Positions 10,265 through 18,017 of a DNA stretch of 47,934 nt are shown piece after piece. Every line of letters starts with the position of its first letter. The first letter of the stretch is position 1. The DNA lies in contig CAILQO010000026.1 of assembly GCA_903836285.1 (NCBI GenBank), positions 1 through 47,934 on the forward strand. The letters run 5' to 3'. The notes beneath the pieces were generated by a model. That model was not told where the DNA came from. It was given only the letters and a program-made list of their open reading frames with translations, and searched no databases. A program made the translations under genes and the position numbers. The DNA comes from an uncultured Chloroflexota bacterium (lineage in GTDB: Bacteria; Chloroflexota; UBA11872; UBA12225).

Positions 10265-10635
10265 TTCTGCGCGGTCGCTGCGTTCTCGCCGGTGTCAAAT
10301 GACTGCCCGCACGCACAAGACTTCTTGGCGTTGGGGTTCTGCACCGTGAAGCCCGCGGCCATTAGACCAGCTGCGTAGTCGATCCGCGCACCCTTCACGA
10401 AGCTCGCGCTAAACTCATCCACGAAGATCCGCATGCCATTGTGCGCGACGACGAAATCACCGTCGTCAGTCTCCTCGTCAAGCGACATGCCATACGAGAG
10501 ACCGGAACAGCCGCCTGGCGAGACGAAGACACGCAGACCCACATCGTCGCGCCCTTCGGCCGCGATGAGGCGGCGCAACTCATCGGTGGCGCGGTCGCTC
10601 AAGGTCACCAGCGGTTGTGCCGTCGCCGTTGTCAT
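10255..10635 (-). CDS. Iron-sulfur cluster insertion/carrier protein, HesB/IscA/ErpA family
   Basis: 126 aa. GGCSGLSYGM and the C-terminal CACGQSF (the three conserved cysteines of A-type carriers). Strong RBS GGGAGG upstream. Confidence 0.9.
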   Translation of the reverse strand: MTTATAQPLVTLSDRATDELRRLIAAEGRDDVGLRVFVSPGGCSGLSYGMSLDEETDDGDFVVAHNGMRIFVDEFSASFVKGARIDYAAGLMAAGFTVQNPNAKKSCACGQSFDTGENAATAQKCS

Positions 10636-10719
10636 GTGCGTGACCTCCCTCTCGTGACGCTAGCGTAGCAGAGCGCCTCGACTGCACCGGAAATGGCGCC
10701 TCGCCCGTAGACTGCCTGC

Positions 10720-11274
10720 ATGGAGGCTTCCTCCCCACTCATCGCCATCCTCAAGGACGAGCTCTTGGTCCAACGCGTGTTTTTGTCCTCGGACGAGGAA
10801 CGCGCCTTGGACCGCGAGTCCGACGGCGCCGACGACGGTGACTTGGCCTATGAACGCGTGAAGGCTCGTCGCTACCTCTTCTATGCAGCGCTCCGCGACC
10901 GGTTCATCTACGACGGCCGGCCGACGGACCAGTGGCTTGACTGGATCGACGAGGCCGAACGCAAGGCTGGCGGTTCTGCCACGATCGTAACTGCACTGGC
11001 GACCCGGGTCGTTGAATGGTCGGTCCGCGCAACCGACCGGAAGTCGATGGCGATGGGTTTCGTCACGGGCATCACCCGGTGGCTCGGCATCGTGATGATC
11101 ACCCTTGCGGTCTGGGCTTGGTCGCGCGAGATTGGCCCAGCGACGTGGGTCCTGGCGATCGTCGGGGGCATCGCCTGGTTGGGCGCGCGTGCGCTCAAGC
11201 GTGCCACCGAGGCGCACGTCCGCGCGATCGTTGCGGAAACACGCGCCCGCCACCGGTCACAAGTGCGCGCCTGA
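10720..11274 (+). CDS. Hypothetical membrane protein (acidic soluble N-terminal half, two C-terminal TM helices)
   Basis: 184 aa. It has balanced amino-acid composition, unlike the Arg/Pro-rich ORFs on the opposite strand. Predicted TM segments are GIVMITLAVWAW and WVLAIVGGIAWLGA. No family recognised. Confidence 0.5.
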   Translation: MEASSPLIAILKDELLVQRVFLSSDEERALDRESDGADDGDLAYERVKARRYLFYAALRDRFIYDGRPTDQWLDWIDEAERKAGGSATIVTALATRVVEWSVRATDRKSMAMGFVTGITRWLGIVMITLAVWAWSREIGPATWVLAIVGGIAWLGARALKRATEAHVRAIVAETRARHRSQVRA

Positions 11275-11775
11275 TCGCGAGCTGCCCGGCAGGAACGGTT
11301 GCCATGCCGCGGCGGTCTCGGGATCGGGTCGATTCGCCCAGAGGAACCACTGTGCGTACGCCGGACGGCGCGGTGTCCGCGCCAGGCGCATGCGCGTCTC
11401 CCCCAGCGTATGCCCGCCCTTGCGCAGGTTGCAGCCAAGGCATGCTGAAACCACGTTTTCCCAAGCGTGCGCCCCACCGAGGTGGCGAGGTACCACGTGA
11501 TCAATCGTGAGGTCCCGGGCGCGCACGCCGCAGTACTGGCACGTGAAGTCGTCGCGCACGAACACCTCGCGACGGGTGACCCGTACTGGGATCCAAGGGC
11601 GGCGCACGTGGTAGCGCAGACGGATTACCCGGGGACGAGGTCGCGAACCGCGGGGCGAACGGATCACCGTCCCGCCTGACGCCACCATTTCGGCCTTGTC
11701 TGCATCAACCAAGGCGATGGCGCGGCCAAGCCCGCACACATTCAGAGGCTCATAGTCGGCGTTCAATACGAGCAC
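11257..11775 (-). CDS. HNH endonuclease family protein
   Basis: 172 aa, GTG start. HNH/zinc-finger core CQYCG...LTIDHVVPRHLGGAHAWENVVSACLGCNLRKG. The N-terminal LNADYEPL motif is typical of the widespread COG1403-type stand-alone HNH proteins. Confidence 0.85.
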   Translation of the reverse strand: MLVLNADYEPLNVCGLGRAIALVDADKAEMVASGGTVIRSPRGSRPRPRVIRLRYHVRRPWIPVRVTRREVFVRDDFTCQYCGVRARDLTIDHVVPRHLGGAHAWENVVSACLGCNLRKGGHTLGETRMRLARTPRRPAYAQWFLWANRPDPETAAAWQPFLPGSSRSGAHL

Positions 11776-11900
11776 CCGATTGACCGTGTCGTCACCTCCC
11801 CGGGGGCGAGTTCGCGACCGCGGCCGAAGTCTAGCACCGTCGAGATTCCCGTCTCCTGCTGACCAACTCGCGTGTCCAGTGGCTACCCTGAGACACGCGA

Positions 11901-12800
11901 ATGCCCGTCCGCACCGTCGAGAAGATCGTCGTCGTCGTCGCCGTGGTCGTCCTTGGCGTTGCGCTGAGCCTTGGCGTCACAGGGCTGCCGCTCGCCGGAC
12001 TTGCCACGGCGCTCGTCTTCACGGTCAGCGCAGGTCTGGACCTCGTGATGCGGGGAGAGGCCCGGACGAGGTCACAACCCGAGCAGTTCGTCTTGCCAAC
12101 GGCAGTCGTCCTTGGGGCTCTCCTCTTCCTCCCTCTCCTGCCGACTGGCGCACTATTCGTGGTGGGTTTGGGAGCCTTCGCTTGCGTCCTGTTCGTGGTG
12201 CTCTGGACAGAGTGGGCAATGGCGCGCGGCGCCATCGGCCGGGAGCGCGGCGAAACGACCCTCGCCCTCATCGGCTACGTAACCGCGTTCATCCTGTACG
12301 GCGCCATCTACCAGATGCGGGCACGGAGCCTGATCTCCGCATCGGCAATCGTCGCGATCTCATTCCTGCTCGCCGCGCGACATTTGCGATTGACGGAGGT
12401 GGCGTTCCCGGATCGAACCCCTGATCCGGGGTCCGCGCCCGATCCAGCAAGCCTTTCGGTTCCCGAGCGACTCCGTCTGAGCGGCCGGTTCACCACGACG
12501 CCCGAGGTAACACCGAGCGGCCGCCACCTGACCCTTGCGCCGTCGTGGAGGCGGACGCTCATGTACGCCGGTGTCACCGGCGTAGGCGTCGGCGAGGTCA
12601 CTTGGGCACTCAACTACTGGCCGCTAAATGGCCTGCAAGGTGGCGCCTTCCTGCTCGCCGTCTACTACTTCACCACCGGCATCCTGACCTACGCACTGCA
12701 CACACGGCTGACGAAGCGCGTGACCCTCGAATACGGGTTCATCGCACTGGTCGGTCTCGTCGTCCTCGCAGTCGTCGGCCTTTCGCCTCGGGGACTGTGA
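11901..12800 (+). CDS. Hypothetical polytopic membrane protein
   Basis: 299 aa. About 7-8 hydrophobic segments interrupted by a Pro/Ser-rich loop (PDRTPDPGSAPDPASLS). No family recognised. Confidence 0.55.
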   Translation: MPVRTVEKIVVVVAVVVLGVALSLGVTGLPLAGLATALVFTVSAGLDLVMRGEARTRSQPEQFVLPTAVVLGALLFLPLLPTGALFVVGLGAFACVLFVVLWTEWAMARGAIGRERGETTLALIGYVTAFILYGAIYQMRARSLISASAIVAISFLLAARHLRLTEVAFPDRTPDPGSAPDPASLSVPERLRLSGRFTTTPEVTPSGRHLTLAPSWRRTLMYAGVTGVGVGEVTWALNYWPLNGLQGGAFLLAVYYFTTGILTYALHTRLTKRVTLEYGFIALVGLVVLAVVGLSPRGL

Positions 12801-12807
12801 GCTGCAC

Positions 12808-13077
12808 CTACTGGGCGACGGACGCCTCGTCACCCGTTGCGGTCTCCGTTCCCTCGACATGTGCCGCCGGACGGAACATTCGGACAACGCGGCGCTCAAG
12901 CTCACGCCGGGGAACGAGTACCCGGTGACCGCACGTGCCGCACCGCAGCCCGATGTCCGCGCCAAGCCGGTACACGACCCAATCAGTCCCGCCGCACGGA
13001 TGCGCCTTGCGCAACCGGACCTGATCATCGACCTCGAACGACATCGGCACCTTGGGGTCGTACCGCGATGGCGGCAT
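12808..13077 (-). CDS. DUF951 family small protein
   Basis: The core FEVDDQVRLRKAHPCGGTDWVVYRLGADIGLRCGTCGHRVLVPRRELERRV matches the DUF951 pattern (hPCG...W.v.R.GaDi.l.C..C.h.v...R). ATG 13077, or ATG 13044 preceded by AAGG. The track ORF extension to 13428 is Gly/Arg-rich and overlaps pyrF. Confidence 0.75.
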   Translation of the reverse strand: MPPSRYDPKVPMSFEVDDQVRLRKAHPCGGTDWVVYRLGADIGLRCGTCGHRVLVPRRELERRVVRMFRPAAHVEGTETATGDEASVAQ

Positions 13078-13121
13078 GGCCGATGCCAAGCTGCGCGCGT
13101 TGATCTGCGGCAGAGGCGGCC

Positions 13122-13958
13122 CTAGCGACCCCGTTCGACGTTCGCGCGTGCGCTCTCGATCTGTTCCCGAAGCCGGCTTGCCGCTGCCCGGGCGGCTGCC
13201 GCGAAGTCCCGGCCGCTTGAGGCGTACATGACCTGCCTGGCGGCTACCACCAGCAGCCCCGCCCCCGTCCTGTCCAGGCCCGCCCCAATCGAGCCCTCCA
13301 GGTCGCCCCCCTGCGCGCCCACCCCTGGAAGCAGGATCGGCACGTCGGGGGCCGCCACCCTCACTCGCGCCAGCTGCGCCGGTGCCGTCGCGCCGACCAC
13401 CAGCCCGATGTTCCCGTTCGTCGTCCATCTCGGTGCCCGCTCCGCAATGCGGACGTACAACGGTTCGCCCGCGACGTCGAGTTCAGCTATGTCCGCCGCC
13501 CCCGGATTGGAGGTCCGGCAAAGTATGTATGTCCCTCGGTCGGCACGGTCGAGGAACGGTGCGAGCGCATCACGACCAAGGTACGGGTTCGCCGTAATCG
13601 CGTCGCAACCGTAGACGTCGAAGATCGCACGAGCGTACGCCCGGGCAGTGTTGTCGATGTCTCCCCGCTTCGCGTCAGCAATTACCGGAATTCCGTGCGG
13701 CACATGTGCCACCGTTGCCCGGAACGCCTCCATCCCTGCCGGCCCAAGCGCCTCGTAGAACGCCAGGTTTGGCTTGTACGCGGCCACGAGGTCGCAGGTC
13801 GCGTCGATGAGCTCGCGGTTGAACGCCAGCACCGCCTCGGCAGGGGGAAGCGCCTGCAGGTGCGATGGCAGCCTCCCCGGTTCGGCGTCGAGCCCAACGC
13901 ACAGTAGGCTCGAATTCCGGGTCGCCGCCAGCACCACCTTTTCGACATATGTGGTCAT
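13122..13958 (-). CDS. pyrF: Orotidine 5'-phosphate decarboxylase (type 2)
   Basis: 278 aa from MTTYVEK... (ATG 13958). Motifs LCVGLD, YKPNLAFYEA, IADAKRGDIDNT, PGVGAQGG. The ATG overlaps the upstream kinase stop (ATGA). The track ORF extension to 14495 is Arg-rich antisense noise. Confidence 0.9.
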   Translation of the reverse strand: MTTYVEKVVLAATRNSSLLCVGLDAEPGRLPSHLQALPPAEAVLAFNRELIDATCDLVAAYKPNLAFYEALGPAGMEAFRATVAHVPHGIPVIADAKRGDIDNTARAYARAIFDVYGCDAITANPYLGRDALAPFLDRADRGTYILCRTSNPGAADIAELDVAGEPLYVRIAERAPRWTTNGNIGLVVGATAPAQLARVRVAAPDVPILLPGVGAQGGDLEGSIGAGLDRTGAGLLVVAARQVMYASSGRDFAAAARAAASRLREQIESARANVERGR

Positions 13959-14563
13959 GCTTCGCCCCCCATTGAACGCACTTGACCCTGCCCTCGTATC
14001 AGCATCGCAAGCTTCATGATCGTCGGCTGGATGTCGCCGTCTGAATTGACAACAAGGTCGAAGTAGCCGCCGTAGTCCTCGCTCGCGGCCATGCGCTCGT
14101 AAATGGCAACGCCTGCCTCGCTCCCGAAGCTGGGAGCAAGCCCGGCCGCACGCCGAGTGATGCGTTCGCGAACCACATCGGGAGGCGCCTCGACGAGCAC
14201 CGAGGCGTGATCGGCTCGCTCGATGCGGGCAATCGCTCCCAGAAGCCTGCGCCCGGAGCGTCGGCCGTTCGTGCCGTCGAACACCATGGCATATCGGTCG
14301 TGAAGCAATGCACGCACCGCGGCGAAGCACGCGAGGTAGACGGCACCACTCTCCTCGGGCGAGTACGACGGCTCCGGGAAGAGCACGCGTCGCACTTCGT
14401 CCGTCCGCACGACCAGTGCTCCGGTAGCGGCGCAGATTTGGTGCGCCAAGTGCGATTTGCCGGAGCCGGGCAGTCCCGCCAGCGATACAAGACAACCACG
14501 ATCCCGGCCGCTCACGCCGGACCCGCCAACGGACGCACGGATCTCGGTCACCCGGTCGGGCAT
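13955..14563 (-). CDS. P-loop kinase, AAA_33 / zeta-toxin-like fold
   Basis: 202 aa from MPDRVTEIR... (ATG 14563). Walker A GLPGSGKSHLA, then VVRTDEVRRVLF, a Walker-B-like MVFDGTNGRRSGR, and VLVEAPPDVVRERITRR. This layout is typical of AAA_33 nucleotide/sugar-type kinases. Confidence 0.7.
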   Translation of the reverse strand: MPDRVTEIRASVGGSGVSGRDRGCLVSLAGLPGSGKSHLAHQICAATGALVVRTDEVRRVLFPEPSYSPEESGAVYLACFAAVRALLHDRYAMVFDGTNGRRSGRRLLGAIARIERADHASVLVEAPPDVVRERITRRAAGLAPSFGSEAGVAIYERMAASEDYGGYFDLVVNSDGDIQPTIMKLAMLIRGQGQVRSMGGEA

Positions 14564-14567
14564 CAGC

Positions 14568-14849
14568 CTACGCGCCGTGGCCAGTGGCCCCCTCGGCGGC
14601 TTGGCGACGCAGGAACCAGAGCGCCCGGCCAATCTCCCCCGTGCAATCCTGAAGGAGCTCGAACGCCCGTTGGACGTGCTCAATGCTCTCGTCGGCCATC
14701 ACATCGACTGCGTAGGTGCGCGACGCCTCGCCGCTCTCGCGTCCGGTCAGGACCTCGACAGCGAGCTCAAGCCGATCAACGATCGTTGAGACGGCGTCCA
14801 ACGCGACGGCGCCGGGCGCCACGTCCGCGGTGTCGTGCTGGTTTTCCAT
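14568..14849 (-). CDS. Hypothetical small acidic helical protein
   Basis: 93 aa from MENQHDTADV... (ATG 14849, preceded by a G-rich tract). G/C-rich third positions. It ends 4 nt before the kinase start. The track ORF extension to 15131 overlaps the divergent oxidoreductase gene and looks spurious. Confidence 0.5.
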   Translation of the reverse strand: MENQHDTADVAPGAVALDAVSTIVDRLELAVEVLTGRESGEASRTYAVDVMADESIEHVQRAFELLQDCTGEIGRALWFLRRQAAEGATGHGA

Positions 14850-14924
14850 CGGGTGGGACCCCCCCGCCTCGCAGCCGTGTCGCGCGGTCTGGGCGAAGCT
14901 CAGCATGAGGGCTGGCTCGGTGCC

Positions 14925-14945
14925 TGCCCAGTGACGCACTGGGCA
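14925..14945. promoter_or_regulatory. Perfect 9-bp inverted repeat, candidate operator in a divergent promoter region
   Basis: TGCCCAGTG-ACG-CACTGGGCA read directly from the sequence. It lies in the 148-bp gap between the divergent starts at 14849 (-) and 14998 (+). Confidence 0.35.
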
Positions 14946-14997
14946 CCAGTGTAGCGAACCTCCCGCGGTCCGATCCGGCCCCTCCATCAGAAATCGG

Positions 14998-16248
14998 GTG
15001 GGCAACAGGTATCCTCGACGCGTGGGTGAGACGGGTTCGCGGACCTTCGTGATCATCGGGAACGGCGTCGCCGGCACGTCGGCAGCCGAGGTTCTCCGCA
15101 AGGGTGACCCGGACGCGCGAATTGTTCTCATCGGCGACGAACCGCACCCCCTCTACAACCGGGTCGCCCTACCAAAGGTGCTCAAGGGCGTCACTGCCCC
15201 TGAACGCACGATCATCAAGTCCGTGCAATGGCATCTCGACAACCGTGTTGAGCTGCACCTTACGACGCTTGTCACCGGCATCGACACCGCGCGACGGGTC
15301 GTCACGACCGACAGCGGTGAGACATTTGGGTACGACGCCCTTCTCGTCGCCACCGGCGGCACCCCAAATACGGTCAAGGTCCCAGGCAGCGACGGCACGC
15401 GGGGGATCTATCCCTTCCAGACGCTTGAGGACACCAAAACGATCCTCGACCGAGTCCGTCAGTCGAAGGGCGCGGTCACGACCGGGGGAAGCTTCATCGC
15501 GTACGAGCTCACCGAAGGCTTCCGTCACCACGGTGTCGCGACCACTTGGGTCATCCGCGGTACACGGTTCTTGCACCGAATCCTCGATGAGGATGGTGGG
15601 CGGTACGTCGACCACCTGGCTCGAGCCGTCGGCGTCGAGACCATCTACGAGGACTCGATTGGCGGCGTTACCGCTACGACCGATGGTGAGTTGCGGTCAG
15701 TGGTGACCTCAAAGGGTCGGGAGATTGAGTGCGACCTTCTCGGTGCCGGCCTCGGCCTGAAGATGCGGGTTGAGTGCCTTGCTGGAACGCCCGTGAAGGT
15801 CAACCGAGGGATCGTGACGAACGAGTACCTCGAAACAAACGTGCCGGGCGTGTACGCCGCTGGCGACGTCGCCGAGTTTTTCGACACGTCCATCAACGCA
15901 TACAACCAGATGGGCACGTGGAACAGCGCGGGGTCGCACGGGAAAGTCGCCGCCGCGAATATGCTCGGCAACCGCACCGAGTTCCGCGAAGTGCCGTACT
16001 ACACCAGCACCATGTTCGACAGCCAGATGGCGGCCATCGGGATCATGCCGGAGAGCGTCCCGGACATGGAGGCGGTGACGCGCCTGAACATGGATCGCGG
16101 CATCTACCGACGGCTCTTTTTCATCGACGGTCGTCTCGCCGGTGCCGCGCTAATCGGCGACATCCGTGTGCGCCGCGAGCTGATGGACACCATCCGTTCG
16201 CAGCGCCAAGTGAGCAACGCCGAGCGGGAGAACCTTCTTTCGGTGTAG
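14998..16248 (+). CDS. FAD-dependent pyridine nucleotide-disulfide oxidoreductase family protein
   Basis: 416 aa. FAD Rossmann motif FVIIGNGVAGTSAAE, a second dinucleotide fold GGSFIAYE, and a C-terminal YAAGDVAE. It resembles ferredoxin/rubredoxin reductase and the nitrite reductase large-subunit N-terminal region. GTG 14998 or GTG 15022. Confidence 0.8.
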   Translation: MGNRYPRRVGETGSRTFVIIGNGVAGTSAAEVLRKGDPDARIVLIGDEPHPLYNRVALPKVLKGVTAPERTIIKSVQWHLDNRVELHLTTLVTGIDTARRVVTTDSGETFGYDALLVATGGTPNTVKVPGSDGTRGIYPFQTLEDTKTILDRVRQSKGAVTTGGSFIAYELTEGFRHHGVATTWVIRGTRFLHRILDEDGGRYVDHLARAVGVETIYEDSIGGVTATTDGELRSVVTSKGREIECDLLGAGLGLKMRVECLAGTPVKVNRGIVTNEYLETNVPGVYAAGDVAEFFDTSINAYNQMGTWNSAGSHGKVAAANMLGNRTEFREVPYYTSTMFDSQMAAIGIMPESVPDMEAVTRLNMDRGIYRRLFFIDGRLAGAALIGDIRVRRELMDTIRSQRQVSNAERENLLSV

Positions 16249-16432
16249 GAACCCGGCTACCGTCGACGGCGTCTTGCGCACACCCGTCCGGGCCCCGCTA
16301 CCGAAACGCGTGGCGCCAGTCGCGCCCCCACCACGGTCTGCCACGAGCGTTGATTTGCGGTACCCGCTCCCAACCTGACGCGTACCAGCAGGTGCCCGCC
16401 CGGACCCGACGCCCCGCAGGTACGATGCGCCG

Positions 16433-17965
16433 GTGAGTGCCACACCCGTCTCCACGTCGCGTACCCCCCTGTACGTTGGCCTTGACGTCGGCACGACCTC
16501 CACAAAGGGGGCGGTCGTCGACGCGGCCGGTCACATCCTCGCCGTAACGAGCGTTCCGTACCCGGTGTCCCGGCCCCGCCCCGGGTGGGCCGAGCAGGAT
16601 CCGCACGACTACGTCGACGCGTCGGTACGGGTCATCCGTGAGTTGCTCGCTGCCCCCGGCGTCGATGCGTCGAGCGTCGCCGCGCTCTGTGGTTCCGGCC
16701 AGGCTCCGACGCACTTGCTGCTCGATACCCGCGGTGAACCTGTTCGGCCCGCGATCCTGTGGCAGGACACCCGCGCCTCGGCGGAGGCCGATGCGCTCGC
16801 ACGTGAGGTGCCCGCCAACGCCATGGCGAGCATCATCGGCATGAACTGGCCGGTAGACGCGTCGAACCCCCTCGCTCGGGGCCGCTGGCTCGCCACCCAT
16901 GAACCGGAGGTGCTCGCTCGCGCCGCGCACCTCCTGATCCCGAAGGACTACGTCCACTACGCCCTGACCGGTGAGATGCGCACCGACGCTTGGTCCGCCA
17001 AGGGGCTAGTCCACCAAGCGACGCGCCAGATTGTCGAGGGCATCGAGGCGCTTGGCTGCCTGCCCGCACGCATCATTCCGCCTGCTGGCTCCCCGCGTGA
17101 CGTGGTTGGCCACGTCACCGCGGAGGCGTCGCGCCGGACGGGCCTGCCTCGTGGCATCCCGGTCGCCTGCGGGTGGACTGACGGCATGGTCGCCATGCTC
17201 GGCTCCGGTTCTCTCGGGCATGCCGGGCTCGCCGGCGACGTCTCAGGCACCTCTGAGGTAACCGGCGTTACCGTCGCCGGTGAACCCGCCGTCGTCGGGC
17301 GGTTGATGGCTGCGCGGGTCGTCGACACCGACCACTGGATCCTCTACGGCCCAACTCAAGCGAGCGGCGCGTCCCTGGGTTGGGTGATGCGGACCGTGAT
17401 GCTGCCGGGTGATCCGGTTACGCCGGAAGCGAGGCAGTCCGCCGCACTCGCCCTCGCCGCGAGGGTCGCTCCCGGCGCCGACGGCCTCGTGTTCCTGCCG
17501 TACCTCGAAGGTGAGCGCGCACCCATCTGGAACCCGCGCGCCCGGGGCGCCTTTGCCGGCCTGTCAACGGCCACGGAACCCGGCCACTTGGTCCGGGCGG
17601 TCCTCGAGGGCGTCGCCTGCTCCGTCCGTCACATCCTCGGCCTCGCCGAAACGAACGGCGGCACTCCAATCCGCGAGGTTCGCGTCGCGGGGGGCGGTGC
17701 ACGGGTCGCCCTCTGGAACCAGATCAAGGCCGACGTCACCGGATATGTGTTCCGGCCGTGCGAGACCTCCGAGAACGGCGTCCTCGGGAGCGCAATCCTC
17801 GCCGCGACCGGCGCCGGCCACTTCAGCGACGTGGCGAGTGCGAGCGACGCGATGGTCCGCTTAAGCGACCCGGTACTGCCGGACTCGGCGCACCGCGAGA
17901 CGTACGACGACCTCTTCCGGCGCTATGTCGCCATGTACCCAGCGATCGATCTCGCGACGCGCTGA
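16433..17965 (+). CDS. FGGY-family carbohydrate kinase (xylulokinase-like)
   Basis: 510 aa. N-terminal LYVGLDVGTTSTKG, GWAEQDP, ILWQDTR, and C-terminal VAGGGARVALWNQIKADV. Confidence 0.85.
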   Translation: MSATPVSTSRTPLYVGLDVGTTSTKGAVVDAAGHILAVTSVPYPVSRPRPGWAEQDPHDYVDASVRVIRELLAAPGVDASSVAALCGSGQAPTHLLLDTRGEPVRPAILWQDTRASAEADALAREVPANAMASIIGMNWPVDASNPLARGRWLATHEPEVLARAAHLLIPKDYVHYALTGEMRTDAWSAKGLVHQATRQIVEGIEALGCLPARIIPPAGSPRDVVGHVTAEASRRTGLPRGIPVACGWTDGMVAMLGSGSLGHAGLAGDVSGTSEVTGVTVAGEPAVVGRLMAARVVDTDHWILYGPTQASGASLGWVMRTVMLPGDPVTPEARQSAALALAARVAPGADGLVFLPYLEGERAPIWNPRARGAFAGLSTATEPGHLVRAVLEGVACSVRHILGLAETNGGTPIREVRVAGGGARVALWNQIKADVTGYVFRPCETSENGVLGSAILAATGAGHFSDVASASDAMVRLSDPVLPDSAHRETYDDLFRRYVAMYPAIDLATR

Positions 17966-18017
17966 GCCGCAATCCCCACTGCAGAACCGTCTTGGCGCTT
18001 GGGCAGGGAGCTGAGGG

